From assembly GCA_965197585.1 (NCBI GenBank), contig OZ240215.1, positions 2,880,001 through 2,944,000 on the forward strand: 64,000 nucleotides of DNA, written 5' to 3'. The translations under genes and the position numbers were made by a program. Below, piece after piece: positions 10,426-20,327 of this stretch. Numbering within the stretch: the first letter of the stretch is position 1; the number at the start of each line of letters is the position of its first letter. The stretch comes from Dehalococcoidia bacterium (GTDB lineage: Bacteria; Chloroflexota; Dehalococcoidia; Plut-88900). Under the pieces are notes generated by a model. That model searched no databases. It was not told where the DNA came from and saw only the letters and a list, made by a program, of their open reading frames with translations.

Positions 10426-10833
10426 ATGAACTACGAGAGTTTGAATGTGCTGAGAAGACCACTCGCCGTGCTTCTGGGGCTGACGGCCACCTATGCGTTG
10501 GTTCACTTCGCATTCGACTCCCTCTACGACGAAACCCCCCTGATGCTGGACATCCTCGGATACATAATGGCTGTTGGGGCCACCTTCTTCGTTGTGCTCA
10601 CCTACATCCACCGGCGTCGTTCGGAAGAGCCGAATCTCGGCGCGGCCTGCGCTTTCTACGCGGCGGTAGTTCTCGCAATCCTTTTCTTCGGTAACTGGAT
10701 CGACTCCCTAAACGACTATGTGCACCTGTCTGAGCAGACGACCAACAACGTATGGACTGTGGTAGACGTCATGTTCGTCGTGGTGGGATACACGGTGAGT
10801 GCCCGACTCTGGCAACAGGATCCTGCCAAGTAA
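10426..10833 (+). CDS. Four-TM hypothetical membrane protein
   Basis: 135-aa ORF with four hydrophobic helices and typical codon usage. Confidence 0.65.
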   Translation: MNYESLNVLRRPLAVLLGLTATYALVHFAFDSLYDETPLMLDILGYIMAVGATFFVVLTYIHRRRSEEPNLGAACAFYAAVVLAILFFGNWIDSLNDYVHLSEQTTNNVWTVVDVMFVVVGYTVSARLWQQDPAK

Positions 10834-10867
10834 GCGAACTGTTACTGGAGAGGATACGGTTCAGAGC

Positions 10868-11023
10868 CTAAGTCCCCCTCGGCAAACCCAACCCCCGCGT
10901 GGCGATTATATTACGTTGTATCTCGGACGTGCCTCCGCCTATCATGTCGCTCGCGGCAAACAGATACAGTTTGCGAAGCCAGCGTATGAAGATGCCAACG
11001 GGGGAGAAGAGACGGGAAAGCAT
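10868..11023 (-). pseudogene. Orphan acyl-CoA dehydrogenase 3' tail (51-aa mini-ORF)
   Basis: MLSRLFSPVGIFIRWLRKLYLFAASDMIGGGTSEIQRNIIATRGLGLPRGT*. Confidence 0.85.
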
Positions 11024-11059
11024 CCCCGTCGTCTGAAGCAGAAATCGAGCAGTGGGGTC

Positions 11060-11425
11060 TTAGCTATCGAGGAGGGTGTCGAGCTTGGCGATGAATCTTT
11101 GCACTTCAGAGAGGTATTCCCTGACCATACCTGCCTCGAAAGCGTCCTCGTAGAAATTGGTGTGGAGATAATTGCAGATGGAGAAGAGACGGTGGATTTC
11201 CGGGTCGCCGGATTCGCTGGTGAGGTCTCTGACGGCGAAGAAGAGGCCGCGGTGGGAATCGTGCTCCCAGCCTCGGCGCTGGGCAGCGGCCTTGACCATT
11301 TGGGCTGCGGCGCCCCAGCCCTTCTCCGAGGCCTGTCGGAGATCTCCGGCCTCGAGTTCAGTGCGTGCCTGGGTGAGCAGATGGAGGCTTGCTTCGCGAT
11401 AAGTGACAGTTTTAGATGTGGTCAT
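11060..11425 (-). CDS. PaREP1-like HEPN-superfamily protein
   Basis: GDLRQASEKGWGA...LHTNFYE motif. Confidence 0.8.
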   Translation of the reverse strand: MTTSKTVTYREASLHLLTQARTELEAGDLRQASEKGWGAAAQMVKAAAQRRGWEHDSHRGLFFAVRDLTSESGDPEIHRLFSICNYLHTNFYEDAFEAGMVREYLSEVQRFIAKLDTLLDS

Positions 11426-11480
11426 GGGATGATTCTAGCATATAGGTGTTGATTCCGATACGCTATCGACATGCCTTGGT

Positions 11481-12659
11481 CTAACCACCCCTAGGGAGCC
11501 CGAGACCTCTGGTAGCGATTATATTACGTTGTATCTCCGACGTGCCGCCGCCTATGGTCTCGCTGACGCTCCACAAGTATAAACGGCGCAGTTTGCCCCT
11601 GAGGGGAGCCCACTTGGAGCCCTCGACCAGCTGACCCATCAGGCCGAGGACCTGCATCCCCGTGTTGGCGACCCTCAGGAGAAGCTCGGTGCTGAACATC
11701 TTGGAGATGGAAGCCTCCTGCTGAGGCTCGAGACCCTGGTCGACCATCCAGGCTATCCGGTAGGCGAGCAGGCTGCTTACCTCGGTCTCCAAGACCCTCT
11801 CTGCGAGGCGGTGGCGCAGGGCCGGGGAGACCGCTGAGTCGCACCCGTTGGCCCGAGCCTCTTTCAAAAGGTCGATGAGCATGTCGAGGGGCTTTCGGGC
11901 CTTGGCGGTATACATCGTCCCGTCGCGCTCGAAGTTCAGGGTGGTCATGGCTACGTACCAGCCTCGGTTGAGCTCCCCGACAATGTTCTCCGCCGGGACC
12001 CGGACGTTGTCGAAATACTCCTCATTGAAGTGGTGATCGCCGACCATGTTGATGATGGGCCGCATGGTTATGCCGGGCGTCTTCAAGTCGACGACGAAGA
12101 AGGTGATGCCACGGTGCTTTGGGGCCTCGGGGTCCGTGCGGGCGAGTAGGAACATCCAGTCGGACAGATGGGCGCAGCTGGACCAGATCTTCTGGCCGGT
12201 GATCAGGTAGTCGGAGCCGTCCCTAACAGCCTGGGTCTGTAGGGAAGCGAGGTCGGAGCCCGACTCAGGCTCGCTGAACCCCTGGGCCCAGGACACCTCC
12301 CCGTTGGCGATGGGCAGCAGGTACTTGCGCTTCTGCTCCGGCGTGCCGTGGTGCATGATGGCCGGGGCCAGCATCCCCACACCCCAAATATCCTTGCCGG
12401 GGGCCTCGTGGTACATCATCTCCTCGGCGAAAATGGCCGACTTCACGCTGGAGGCGTCCTGGCCCCCGTACTCCCGGGGCCAGGCCATGGTGAGCCATTC
12501 CTTCTCGATGAGGCGTCGGCGCATGTGCCGTTCGAAAGCTACGTCGTCGGTACGGCCGTCCTCGTCGGTGCCCTTCCAGTCGGGGGGGAGCTCGGCCTTC
12601 AGGAACTCGCGGAGGTCTTGTCGGAAGGAGGTTTGCTCGGGTGTGAAGGTGAAGTGCAT
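11481..12659 (-). CDS. Acyl-CoA dehydrogenase, FadE26-like
   Basis: QGFSEPESGSDLASL, LNFER and RGLGLPR motifs. Confidence 0.92.
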   Translation of the reverse strand: MHFTFTPEQTSFRQDLREFLKAELPPDWKGTDEDGRTDDVAFERHMRRRLIEKEWLTMAWPREYGGQDASSVKSAIFAEEMMYHEAPGKDIWGVGMLAPAIMHHGTPEQKRKYLLPIANGEVSWAQGFSEPESGSDLASLQTQAVRDGSDYLITGQKIWSSCAHLSDWMFLLARTDPEAPKHRGITFFVVDLKTPGITMRPIINMVGDHHFNEEYFDNVRVPAENIVGELNRGWYVAMTTLNFERDGTMYTAKARKPLDMLIDLLKEARANGCDSAVSPALRHRLAERVLETEVSSLLAYRIAWMVDQGLEPQQEASISKMFSTELLLRVANTGMQVLGLMGQLVEGSKWAPLRGKLRRLYLWSVSETIGGGTSEIQRNIIATRGLGLPRGG

Positions 12660-12671
12660 GGGTTGATCCTA

Positions 12672-13136
12672 TTTCACCCTCACCCTAGCCCTCTCCCCTC
12701 AAGGGAGAGGGGACCGGACCTCCCCCGTGCCCCAATTCGGTTAGTATGCTCTCCTGCACGGACTCTATCTCTTTCAAGACCTGATTATTCCAAAACCTCA
12801 GAACTCTATACCCCTCACACCTTAGCCATTTACTACGCTCTTCGTCATAGCCCGCTTGCTCCTGGTGGTGTCCCCCGTCTACCTCAACGACTACCTTCGC
12901 ATCGAGGCAGACGAAATCAACGATGTAATTTCCAATGGGGGCCTGTCTGCGAAACTTCCAGCCGCGAAGCCGGCGATTTCGGAGCGATCCCCACAGCTTG
13001 TTCTCGGCTTCCGTAGAGGTCTTTCTGAGGGTTTGTGCTCTGAGCTTACGGTTCATGCTGCGTGCTCAGTTTATCGGAGTCTTTTCACTCACGTTTCACC
13101 CTCACCCTAGCCCTCTCCCCTCAAGGGAGAGGGGAC
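12672..13136. mobile_element. DUF559 cassette bounded by identical 43-bp family A direct repeats
   Basis: 12672-12714 and 13094-13136 are identical and flank a single nuclease gene; mobility is inferred. Confidence 0.55.
12685..13056 (-). CDS. DUF559 (Vsr-like) endonuclease
   Basis: TEAENKLW..LR.R...KFRRQ.PIG.YIVDF...VEVDGGHH...VLRFWN. Confidence 0.9.
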   Translation of the reverse strand: MNRKLRAQTLRKTSTEAENKLWGSLRNRRLRGWKFRRQAPIGNYIVDFVCLDAKVVVEVDGGHHQEQAGYDEERSKWLRCEGYRVLRFWNNQVLKEIESVQESILTELGHGGGPVPSPLRGEG

Positions 13137-13219
13137 AGGACCCCCCGCTCATACTTCGAGGGCCTCAGCACGAGCGGCCCCACGGGGATGGGTTCCGGCT
13201 CGGGGGCCGGAATGACGGC

Positions 13220-14398
13220 CTAAGTCCCCCTCGGGAGGCCGAGGCCCCTCGTGGAGATTATGGTGCGCTGGATTTCGGAGGTGCCGCCGCCTATGGGCTC
13301 GCTGATGCTCCAGAGGTACATGCGGTGCAGTTTGCCCTTCAGCAGGGCCCACTTGTCGCCCTCGGCGAGCTGGCCCATCAGGCCCAGGACCTGCATCCCC
13401 GTGTTGGCGACCCTCATCAATAGCTCGCTGCTGATGAGCTTGGATATCGACGCCTCGTGCTGGGGCTCGAGACCCTGGTCGACCATCCAGGCGATCCGGT
13501 AGGCGAGTAATCTGCTCACCTCGGTCTCCAGGACTCTCTCGGCGAGACGGTTACGCAAGGCCGGGGACATCGCCGCTCCACCGCCATTGCCCCGGGCCTC
13601 TTTCAAAAGCTCGATGAGCATGTCCAAGGGCTTGCGGGCGCGGGCGGTGTACGTCGTGCCTTCACGCTCGAAGTTGAGGGTGGTCATGGCGACGTACCAG
13701 CCCCGGTTAAGCTCACCGATTATGTTCTCCGCAGGGACCCGGACGTTGTCAAAATACTCCTCGTTGAAGTGGTGGTCGCCGACCATGTTGATGATGGGCC
13801 GGACGGTGATGCCGGGCGTCTTCATGTCGACCAGGAAGTAGGTAATGCCCCGGTGCTTGGGGGCGTCGGGGTCGGTGCGGGCCAGGACGAACATCCAGTC
13901 GGCGAGATGAGCGCCGCTGGACCAGATCTTCTGGCCTGTAATCAGGTAGTCGTCGCCGTCCTTGACGGCCCTCGTCTGCAGGGAGGCGAGGTCGGAGCCC
14001 GACTCAGGTTCACTGAAACCCTGGGCCCAGGTCACCTCACCATTGGCGATCGGTGGCAGATACTTAAGTTTCTGCTCCGGGGTACCGTGGCGCATGACGG
14101 CCGGGGCCAGGAGCCCGACACCCGAGCCGTCCTTGCCGGGGGCCTCGTGGTACATCATCTCCTCGGCGAAGATGGCCATCTTCACGTTGGAGGCATCCTG
14201 CCCGCCGTACTCTCGGGGCCAGGCCATGGTCAGCCAATCTCTCTCGATGAGGCGTTGGCGCATATGGCGCTCGAACACTACGTCGTCGGTGCGGCCGTAC
14301 TCGTCGGCGCCCTTCCAGTCGGGGGGGAGTTCGGCTTTCAGGAAGTCGCGAAGGTCTTGTCGGAAGGCGGTCTCGTCAGGTGTGAAGGTGAATTGCAT
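13220..14398 (-). CDS. Acyl-CoA dehydrogenase, FadE26-like (close paralog of 11481..12659)
   Basis: Same motifs; long stretches identical to the neighbouring paralog. Confidence 0.92.
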   Translation of the reverse strand: MQFTFTPDETAFRQDLRDFLKAELPPDWKGADEYGRTDDVVFERHMRQRLIERDWLTMAWPREYGGQDASNVKMAIFAEEMMYHEAPGKDGSGVGLLAPAVMRHGTPEQKLKYLPPIANGEVTWAQGFSEPESGSDLASLQTRAVKDGDDYLITGQKIWSSGAHLADWMFVLARTDPDAPKHRGITYFLVDMKTPGITVRPIINMVGDHHFNEEYFDNVRVPAENIIGELNRGWYVAMTTLNFEREGTTYTARARKPLDMLIELLKEARGNGGGAAMSPALRNRLAERVLETEVSRLLAYRIAWMVDQGLEPQHEASISKLISSELLMRVANTGMQVLGLMGQLAEGDKWALLKGKLHRMYLWSISEPIGGGTSEIQRTIISTRGLGLPRGT

Positions 14399-14461
14399 GG
14401 GCTATTTCGAGGGAATCGTCATTATATATGATCGCCTCCTGCTGAGCCGTAGAAAATGGTG

Positions 14462-14490
14462 TTGACAAGGATATACATGATCACTATTGT
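14462..14490 (+). promoter_or_regulatory. Sigma70-like promoter
   Basis: TTGACA-17 nt-TATTGT. Confidence 0.5.
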
Positions 14491-14630
14491 TATATTAGTA
14501 TCACACTCATGAACTAATTTGCATACATCAAAGGCAGGCATGGGTACTAGCGGGCTGTCCCTAGCCTAGCACTTGGAGGAGTCGTCACGGTGGACAGTAG
14601 GTGTGCCAAGACGATCTCCCAAAGGGATGT

Positions 14631-14658
14631 TTGACAAAACGACCGTTAGGGCTATATT
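14631..14658 (+). promoter_or_regulatory. Sigma70-like promoter of the 60-aa gene (near-leaderless)
   Basis: TTGACA-16 nt-TATATT, ending 9 nt before the ATG at 14668. Confidence 0.55.
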
Positions 14659-14667
14659 GAGGGCAAT

Positions 14668-14850
14668 ATGACCACCGCTGAGCATCCCATAACACGCTCA
14701 GAGCTTCGCAAAGAGCTTGAGCACTACGCTACTAAAGAAGACTTGGCCAAGCTTGAGACCCGGCTAATCAAGTGGATGGTGGGGCAGATGATGGCTGCTA
14801 TTGTCGCAGCGTCTTCCGTGGCAGTAGTCATTCAGCAGGTCTTGAACTAA
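14668..14850 (+). CDS. Small DUF1640/CCDC90-like coiled-coil membrane-anchored protein
   Basis: ATKEDLAKLETRLIKWMVG followed by a C-terminal TM helix. Confidence 0.72.
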   Translation: MTTAEHPITRSELRKELEHYATKEDLAKLETRLIKWMVGQMMAAIVAASSVAVVIQQVLN

Positions 14851-15135
14851 GGCGGGTTCCTCCACATGGACCCCGCTCATACTTCGACGGGCTCAGCACG
14901 AGCGGCCACCCCACTCCTGCCCATTCTTACCATTCCCCCTGATCCGTATTCACACCGCTCACCCTGAGCTTAGTCGAAGGGTCGAGCGGGGACTCGCAGA
15001 CCTGGCGGCTTTAACAGACCTTCCTCACACCCCGCTCATACTTCGACGGGCTCCCGCCTCGGCGGGTCTTCGACAGCACGAGCGGCCTCACGGGGATGGA
15101 TTCCTGCTCCGCAGCAATGACGGACAACCCTCCGC

Positions 15136-16311
15136 CTAAGCGCCCCTGGGCAGGCCGAGGCCACGGGTGGCGATGATGTTCCGCTGGACCTCGCTGGTGC
15201 CGCCGGCTATGGTGCGGCTTATGGCGTTCAGGTACGTCCGCTCCACGTATCCCTTGAAGGGGACCCACTTGGACCCCTCCACAAGCTGTCCACGCATTCC
15301 CAGCAGCTCCATTGCCAACTGAACGCACTGCTGGGCCATCTCCGCGCCGAAGGCCTTGGCCACCGACGCCTCGTAGTTGGGCACCTGCCCGATGCTCTGC
15401 AGCCACATAACCCGGTAGGAGAGCATCCGGGAAATCTCGGAGTTGATGCGCATCTCGGCCAGCTTGGTAGTTGCCGACGGGTTCTCTGCGAGGGCGCCGC
15501 CGTTCCAGGGGGTCTCCTTGGCGTAGTCGACCAGGTCGTCAACCATCCTTCGGACATCGGCGGAGTTCTCAATCCCCGTCCGCTCGAAGTCGAGGGTGGA
15601 CATGGCGGCGTACCAGCCCCGGTTCACCTCGCCGATTACGTTCTCCTTGGGCACGCGCACGTTGTCGAGGAATATCTCGTTGAAACGGTGGTGTCCCGTG
15701 AGATCGGTAATCCCGCGCACGTCCACGCCGGGGGTTTTCATGTCGATGAGGAAGTAGGTGATGCCACGGTGCTTGGGGGCGTCGGGGTCAGTGCGGGCGA
15801 GAAGGTGGCACCAGTCCGACTGATGAGCGCCACTGGACCAGATCTTCTGCCCGGAGATCACGAAGTCGTCGCCGTCCTCGACGGCTCGAGTCTGGAGGGA
15901 AGCCAGGTCGGAGCCCGACTCCGGCTCACTGAAGCCCTGGCACCATGTAACTTTGCCCTCGGATATAGGCAACAGGTGCTGTCGCTTCTGCTCCTCCGTG
16001 CCATGGATCATGAGGCACGGCCCAATAAACCCTACGCCCTGTATGTCTTTGCCGGGGGCCCGCTTGTAGGCCATCTCCTCGCTGTAGATCATGGACTGTC
16101 CGGGGGAAGCGTCCTGACCGCCGTACTCCTTGGGCCACGATATAGCCAGCCAACCCTTCTCCCCGAGCTTCTTTCTCATCTCCAGGGTGAAGGGCCACAC
16201 GGTGTCGTCGTAGGCCTCCTCACCCCACCAGCCTTCGGGAAGTTGGTCGTCAAGGAAGGTGGTCAGATCGGATCTAAACTGGCGGTCTTCTTCGCTGAAA
16301 CGGAACTGCAT
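15136..16311 (-). CDS. Acyl-CoA dehydrogenase, FadE26-like
   Basis: WCQGFSEPESGSDLASL, LDFER and RGLGLPR motifs. Confidence 0.92.
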   Translation of the reverse strand: MQFRFSEEDRQFRSDLTTFLDDQLPEGWWGEEAYDDTVWPFTLEMRKKLGEKGWLAISWPKEYGGQDASPGQSMIYSEEMAYKRAPGKDIQGVGFIGPCLMIHGTEEQKRQHLLPISEGKVTWCQGFSEPESGSDLASLQTRAVEDGDDFVISGQKIWSSGAHQSDWCHLLARTDPDAPKHRGITYFLIDMKTPGVDVRGITDLTGHHRFNEIFLDNVRVPKENVIGEVNRGWYAAMSTLDFERTGIENSADVRRMVDDLVDYAKETPWNGGALAENPSATTKLAEMRINSEISRMLSYRVMWLQSIGQVPNYEASVAKAFGAEMAQQCVQLAMELLGMRGQLVEGSKWVPFKGYVERTYLNAISRTIAGGTSEVQRNIIATRGLGLPRGA

Positions 16312-16330
16312 GAGATGCTCCTGTACTGTA

Positions 16331-17437
16331 TTAGACGGGCCTCTGGCCCAAATAGTTCAAGCCTGATATCAGGGTCCTGTGCACTTCGGAGGCGCCTAAA
16401 TATATGGATGCGGCAGCGGCCTCAAGGTAGATGTGCTGCACGAGCCTATTGGCGCCCTGCCCGTGCAACCCGATCGTGTTTATCGTCGTCTCCGCGACTC
16501 TCTGAAAAACCTCTGAACTGAAAAGTTTGGCGATGGATGTCTGACGCCTATTCTGGGCACTGTCGCGCCCAGGCCAAAGGCTGCGATAGGATAGCAGACG
16601 GGCAACTTCGATGTCCACAGAAGCCTCGGCCAGCCGATACCTCCGCCCTGCCCCACCCCCTCCCGACTCCAGGGCCAAATCAAGCATCCTCCTGGCCCAG
16701 CCGATGTGCTCGAAGCCGGGACGGGCCTCGATGAGGAACTCGTCCACAATGTCCCACCCCCGCCCCCGTTCCCCAAGGATAGCCGACTTCGGAACAACCA
16801 CATCGTCAAGAAAAATCTCGGCGAAGACTCGGCCCGTGGTGTACTCGACAGGGTTGAGGAATAGGCCGGGGGTCGACATGTCCAGCAGGAACCAGGTCAG
16901 CCCATCTCGCCCCGTCGAGGCTCTTTCCGTCCGGGCGAGCAGGTGGCACCACCCCGAGAGTTGGGCCCATTCGCCGTAGTCCTTCTGACCGGTCAGGACG
17001 AAGCTGCCGTCCCGCGCTACGGCTCGGGTCTTTATGTTGGCCAGGTCGCTGCCAGCGAGGGGCTCAGTGAAACCGACACACCACCATTCCCGGCCCTCGG
17101 CGAGGGGTCCAAGGTGGCGCTCTCGCTGTTCGGGGGTCCCGTGTCTCAGGAGGAGGGGCCCGGTCAGGTTGGTCCCGTGGTCGTTGGCCCGAGGCACGAG
17201 GTGGTAGGCCATCTCCTCCTGAAGTATCGCAGCCATGACCGGAGAAGCCGGGCCGTATGGCGGCTCCCAATTGAGGCTCAGCCACCCTCTCTCCCCCAAC
17301 CCTTCCCTCACGACTCGGGCGCGGGCCTGGTATTCCTCATCGTCGAGATGGATATCCCAGCCGCGCGTGACTTCTTGGAGGTAGGCGCGGGCCCCAGATT
17401 GGAAGGTGCGGGCCTCGGGGGTGGGGAGGAAGTTCAT
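16331..17437 (-). CDS. Divergent acyl-CoA dehydrogenase, FadE26-like
   Basis: WCVGFTEPLAGSDLA and GASEVHR; FER motif altered. Confidence 0.82.
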   Translation of the reverse strand: MNFLPTPEARTFQSGARAYLQEVTRGWDIHLDDEEYQARARVVREGLGERGWLSLNWEPPYGPASPVMAAILQEEMAYHLVPRANDHGTNLTGPLLLRHGTPEQRERHLGPLAEGREWWCVGFTEPLAGSDLANIKTRAVARDGSFVLTGQKDYGEWAQLSGWCHLLARTERASTGRDGLTWFLLDMSTPGLFLNPVEYTTGRVFAEIFLDDVVVPKSAILGERGRGWDIVDEFLIEARPGFEHIGWARRMLDLALESGGGGAGRRYRLAEASVDIEVARLLSYRSLWPGRDSAQNRRQTSIAKLFSSEVFQRVAETTINTIGLHGQGANRLVQHIYLEAAAASIYLGASEVHRTLISGLNYLGQRPV

Positions 17438-17517
17438 GGGAGTATAACGAGACTTGGCAGGCCTTAATCAAGCCTCGGGCGTATGACTAAGGAAAGCACG
17501 TCATTAATTGTCATTCC

Positions 17518-18573
17518 TGTGGATGTCAGGTAATTCGTTGACAGAATTAGGTGGATTTAAGGGTCTCCAAAGGGGTCTTTCCGTCCATTGCCTGGTGGGG
17601 TCTCTGAGTATTGTAGTAGATCAGGTATTGCTGAAGCTCGTCCTTCAGTTCCGAGACCGATTCGAAGGTTGTCCCCTCCAGCAGGTCCTCGTTCAAGGTT
17701 CTCCAGAACCGCTCTATCTTCCCGTTGGTCTGGGGCCTATAAGGGCGGGTGTAGCGGTGCTTTATGCCCAGCTCATTGAGCATCCGTTCCATGGGGTGGC
17801 CCTCGGTGTTCCTTGGGGAGGCCATCTCGGGGCCGTTGTCGGTGAGGATGGCCTCGAATTGGATGCCGTACTCCACGTTAAGGAAATTGATGGACTTCAG
17901 AGTAGCAAACATAACGGAGAGACTCTTGATGTCTCCGACCACTTCGGCCCAGGCCAGACGGGTGTAGGCGTCGATGAGGCCCACCAGGTAGTAGCGGTGC
18001 TTGGTGCCCACGATGGTATCCCGGCTGAGGTAGTGGCTGTCCAGGTGGCCCAGCTCTCCTGCCCGGGTCTTGATGATCTTGCGCTTCGACTGCTGCATCG
18101 GCTTTGTGAGCCTATTGAAACCGTGGCGTCTGGTGATGGCGTAGATGGTGGAGGGCTTAGGGGTGTTGTGTTTAAGGATGGGTTTGAGTATGGCATAGAT
18201 CTCGTAACGGTTGGTACCGTTAAGGCGCTCGTTGATGACCTTCTGCTCAATGTAGGGCAGGGTGCGGCGGGACTTCCACCCGGGACCCCGCTTACGGGGG
18301 AGGAAGGCGTTGTCGGAGGGGGAAAGGAGGAACCGGTTGTAGTACTTGGCGAAGGTCTGACGGCTAGTGCCGTGGAAGGAGTAGAAGTCCTGGGCGAAGC
18401 GGAAACGGGGATGCTTCCCTGCCTTGACCAGTTGATACTCATGGATGAGGAACCGCCACTTCTGAATGTAGTTCCGCTCAAGGGTGAGGTCCTTGCTATT
18501 GTCTCGCATTCTCGCCTCCAGATTGGTGTTGGCCTCTTATACCAATCTGTCAACGAATTACCTAACACTTACA
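17518..18573 (-). mobile_element. IS481-family insertion sequence
   Basis: 28-bp imperfect TIRs (TGTGGATGTCAGGTAATTCGTTGACAGA / TGTAAGTGTTAGGTAATTCGTTGACAGA); 5-bp TSD ATTCC at 17513-17517 and 18574-18578. Confidence 0.88.
17547..18509 (-). CDS. IS481-family (rve integrase core) transposase
   Basis: HLD...DAYTR...TDNGPE...PQTNGKIERFWRT...YNTQRPH. Confidence 0.92.
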   Translation of the reverse strand: MRDNSKDLTLERNYIQKWRFLIHEYQLVKAGKHPRFRFAQDFYSFHGTSRQTFAKYYNRFLLSPSDNAFLPRKRGPGWKSRRTLPYIEQKVINERLNGTNRYEIYAILKPILKHNTPKPSTIYAITRRHGFNRLTKPMQQSKRKIIKTRAGELGHLDSHYLSRDTIVGTKHRYYLVGLIDAYTRLAWAEVVGDIKSLSVMFATLKSINFLNVEYGIQFEAILTDNGPEMASPRNTEGHPMERMLNELGIKHRYTRPYRPQTNGKIERFWRTLNEDLLEGTTFESVSELKDELQQYLIYYNTQRPHQAMDGKTPLETLKST

Positions 18574-18607
18574 ATTCCGAGGCTCCGCGAGGAATCTAAC
18601 GCGTCGG

Positions 18608-18916
18608 TTAGCAACTCTCATACCAACCCGATGACAGGTCTTTCCATTCCGGATTCATCACATCAACCAACTCCACCTTCTTCTCTCGACGCCATGCTTT
18701 TATCTGCTTTTCCCGAAATATCGCCTCTCTGATGTCGCCGGTCTGTTCGTAATAGACAAGCCATTCTACGTTGTACTTCTTTGTGAACCCTTCAATCCGT
18801 TTCTGCTTGTGTTGATAGACCCTTCTAACCAAATCGTTAGTGACTCCAACGTAGAGGGTCCTGGTCGCGTTGGAGAGGATGTAGACGTAGTATTCCGGAT
18901 GTGGCTTTCTGGGCAA
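18608..18916 (-). CDS. GIY-YIG nuclease (UPF0213/YhbQ-like)
   Basis: YYVYIL...LYVGVTNDLVRRVYQHK...REKQIKAWRR; likely TTG start at 18916 (ATG in the duplicate at 20143). Confidence 0.88.
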   Translation of the reverse strand: MPRKPHPEYYVYILSNATRTLYVGVTNDLVRRVYQHKQKRIEGFTKKYNVEWLVYYEQTGDIREAIFREKQIKAWRREKKVELVDVMNPEWKDLSSGWYESC

Positions 18917-18921
18917 GCGCT

Positions 18922-20033
<1,112 letters not shown>

Positions 20034-20102
20034 ATTCCTCGCGGGGCCTCGGAATGACATGTAATAACGGAGGTGGGCATGGAGGGATGTGAGTGCGGAG
20101 AG

Positions 20103-20178
20103 GTGATGTAGACGTAGTATTCCGAGTGTGGCTTTCTGGGCATTCGCTTTAGATTCCTCGCGGAGCCTCGGAATGACA
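20103..20178 (-). pseudogene. Duplicated family C repeat plus truncated 5' end of the GIY-YIG gene
   Basis: Repeat followed by MPRKPHSEYYVYI, nearly identical to the start of 18608..18916. Confidence 0.8.
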
Positions 20179-20327
20179 CACAAGGGGGTCGGTATGCGAG
20201 GAGAAATGTGGACTATGAAAGCGCGCGGAGACGGTAGAGAAGCCTGTTTCCGCATTCAAAACCAGGGCTTGCGGTTTTTGACGTAGGTCTCTTCGAATTC
20301 GAGGTGACGCCCCCCGTCGGATTTTCC

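Noticed and set aside
10250-11537. ACAD tails as DGR template/variable repeats or a shufflon
   Set aside because: No reverse transcriptase or invertase nearby, differences are not adenine-specific, and the copies are direct rather than inverted
14871-15123. Cluster of ~35-nt repeats as a mini CRISPR array
   Set aside because: Copies are degenerate, irregularly spaced and dispersed across the window; no cas genes; REP-like
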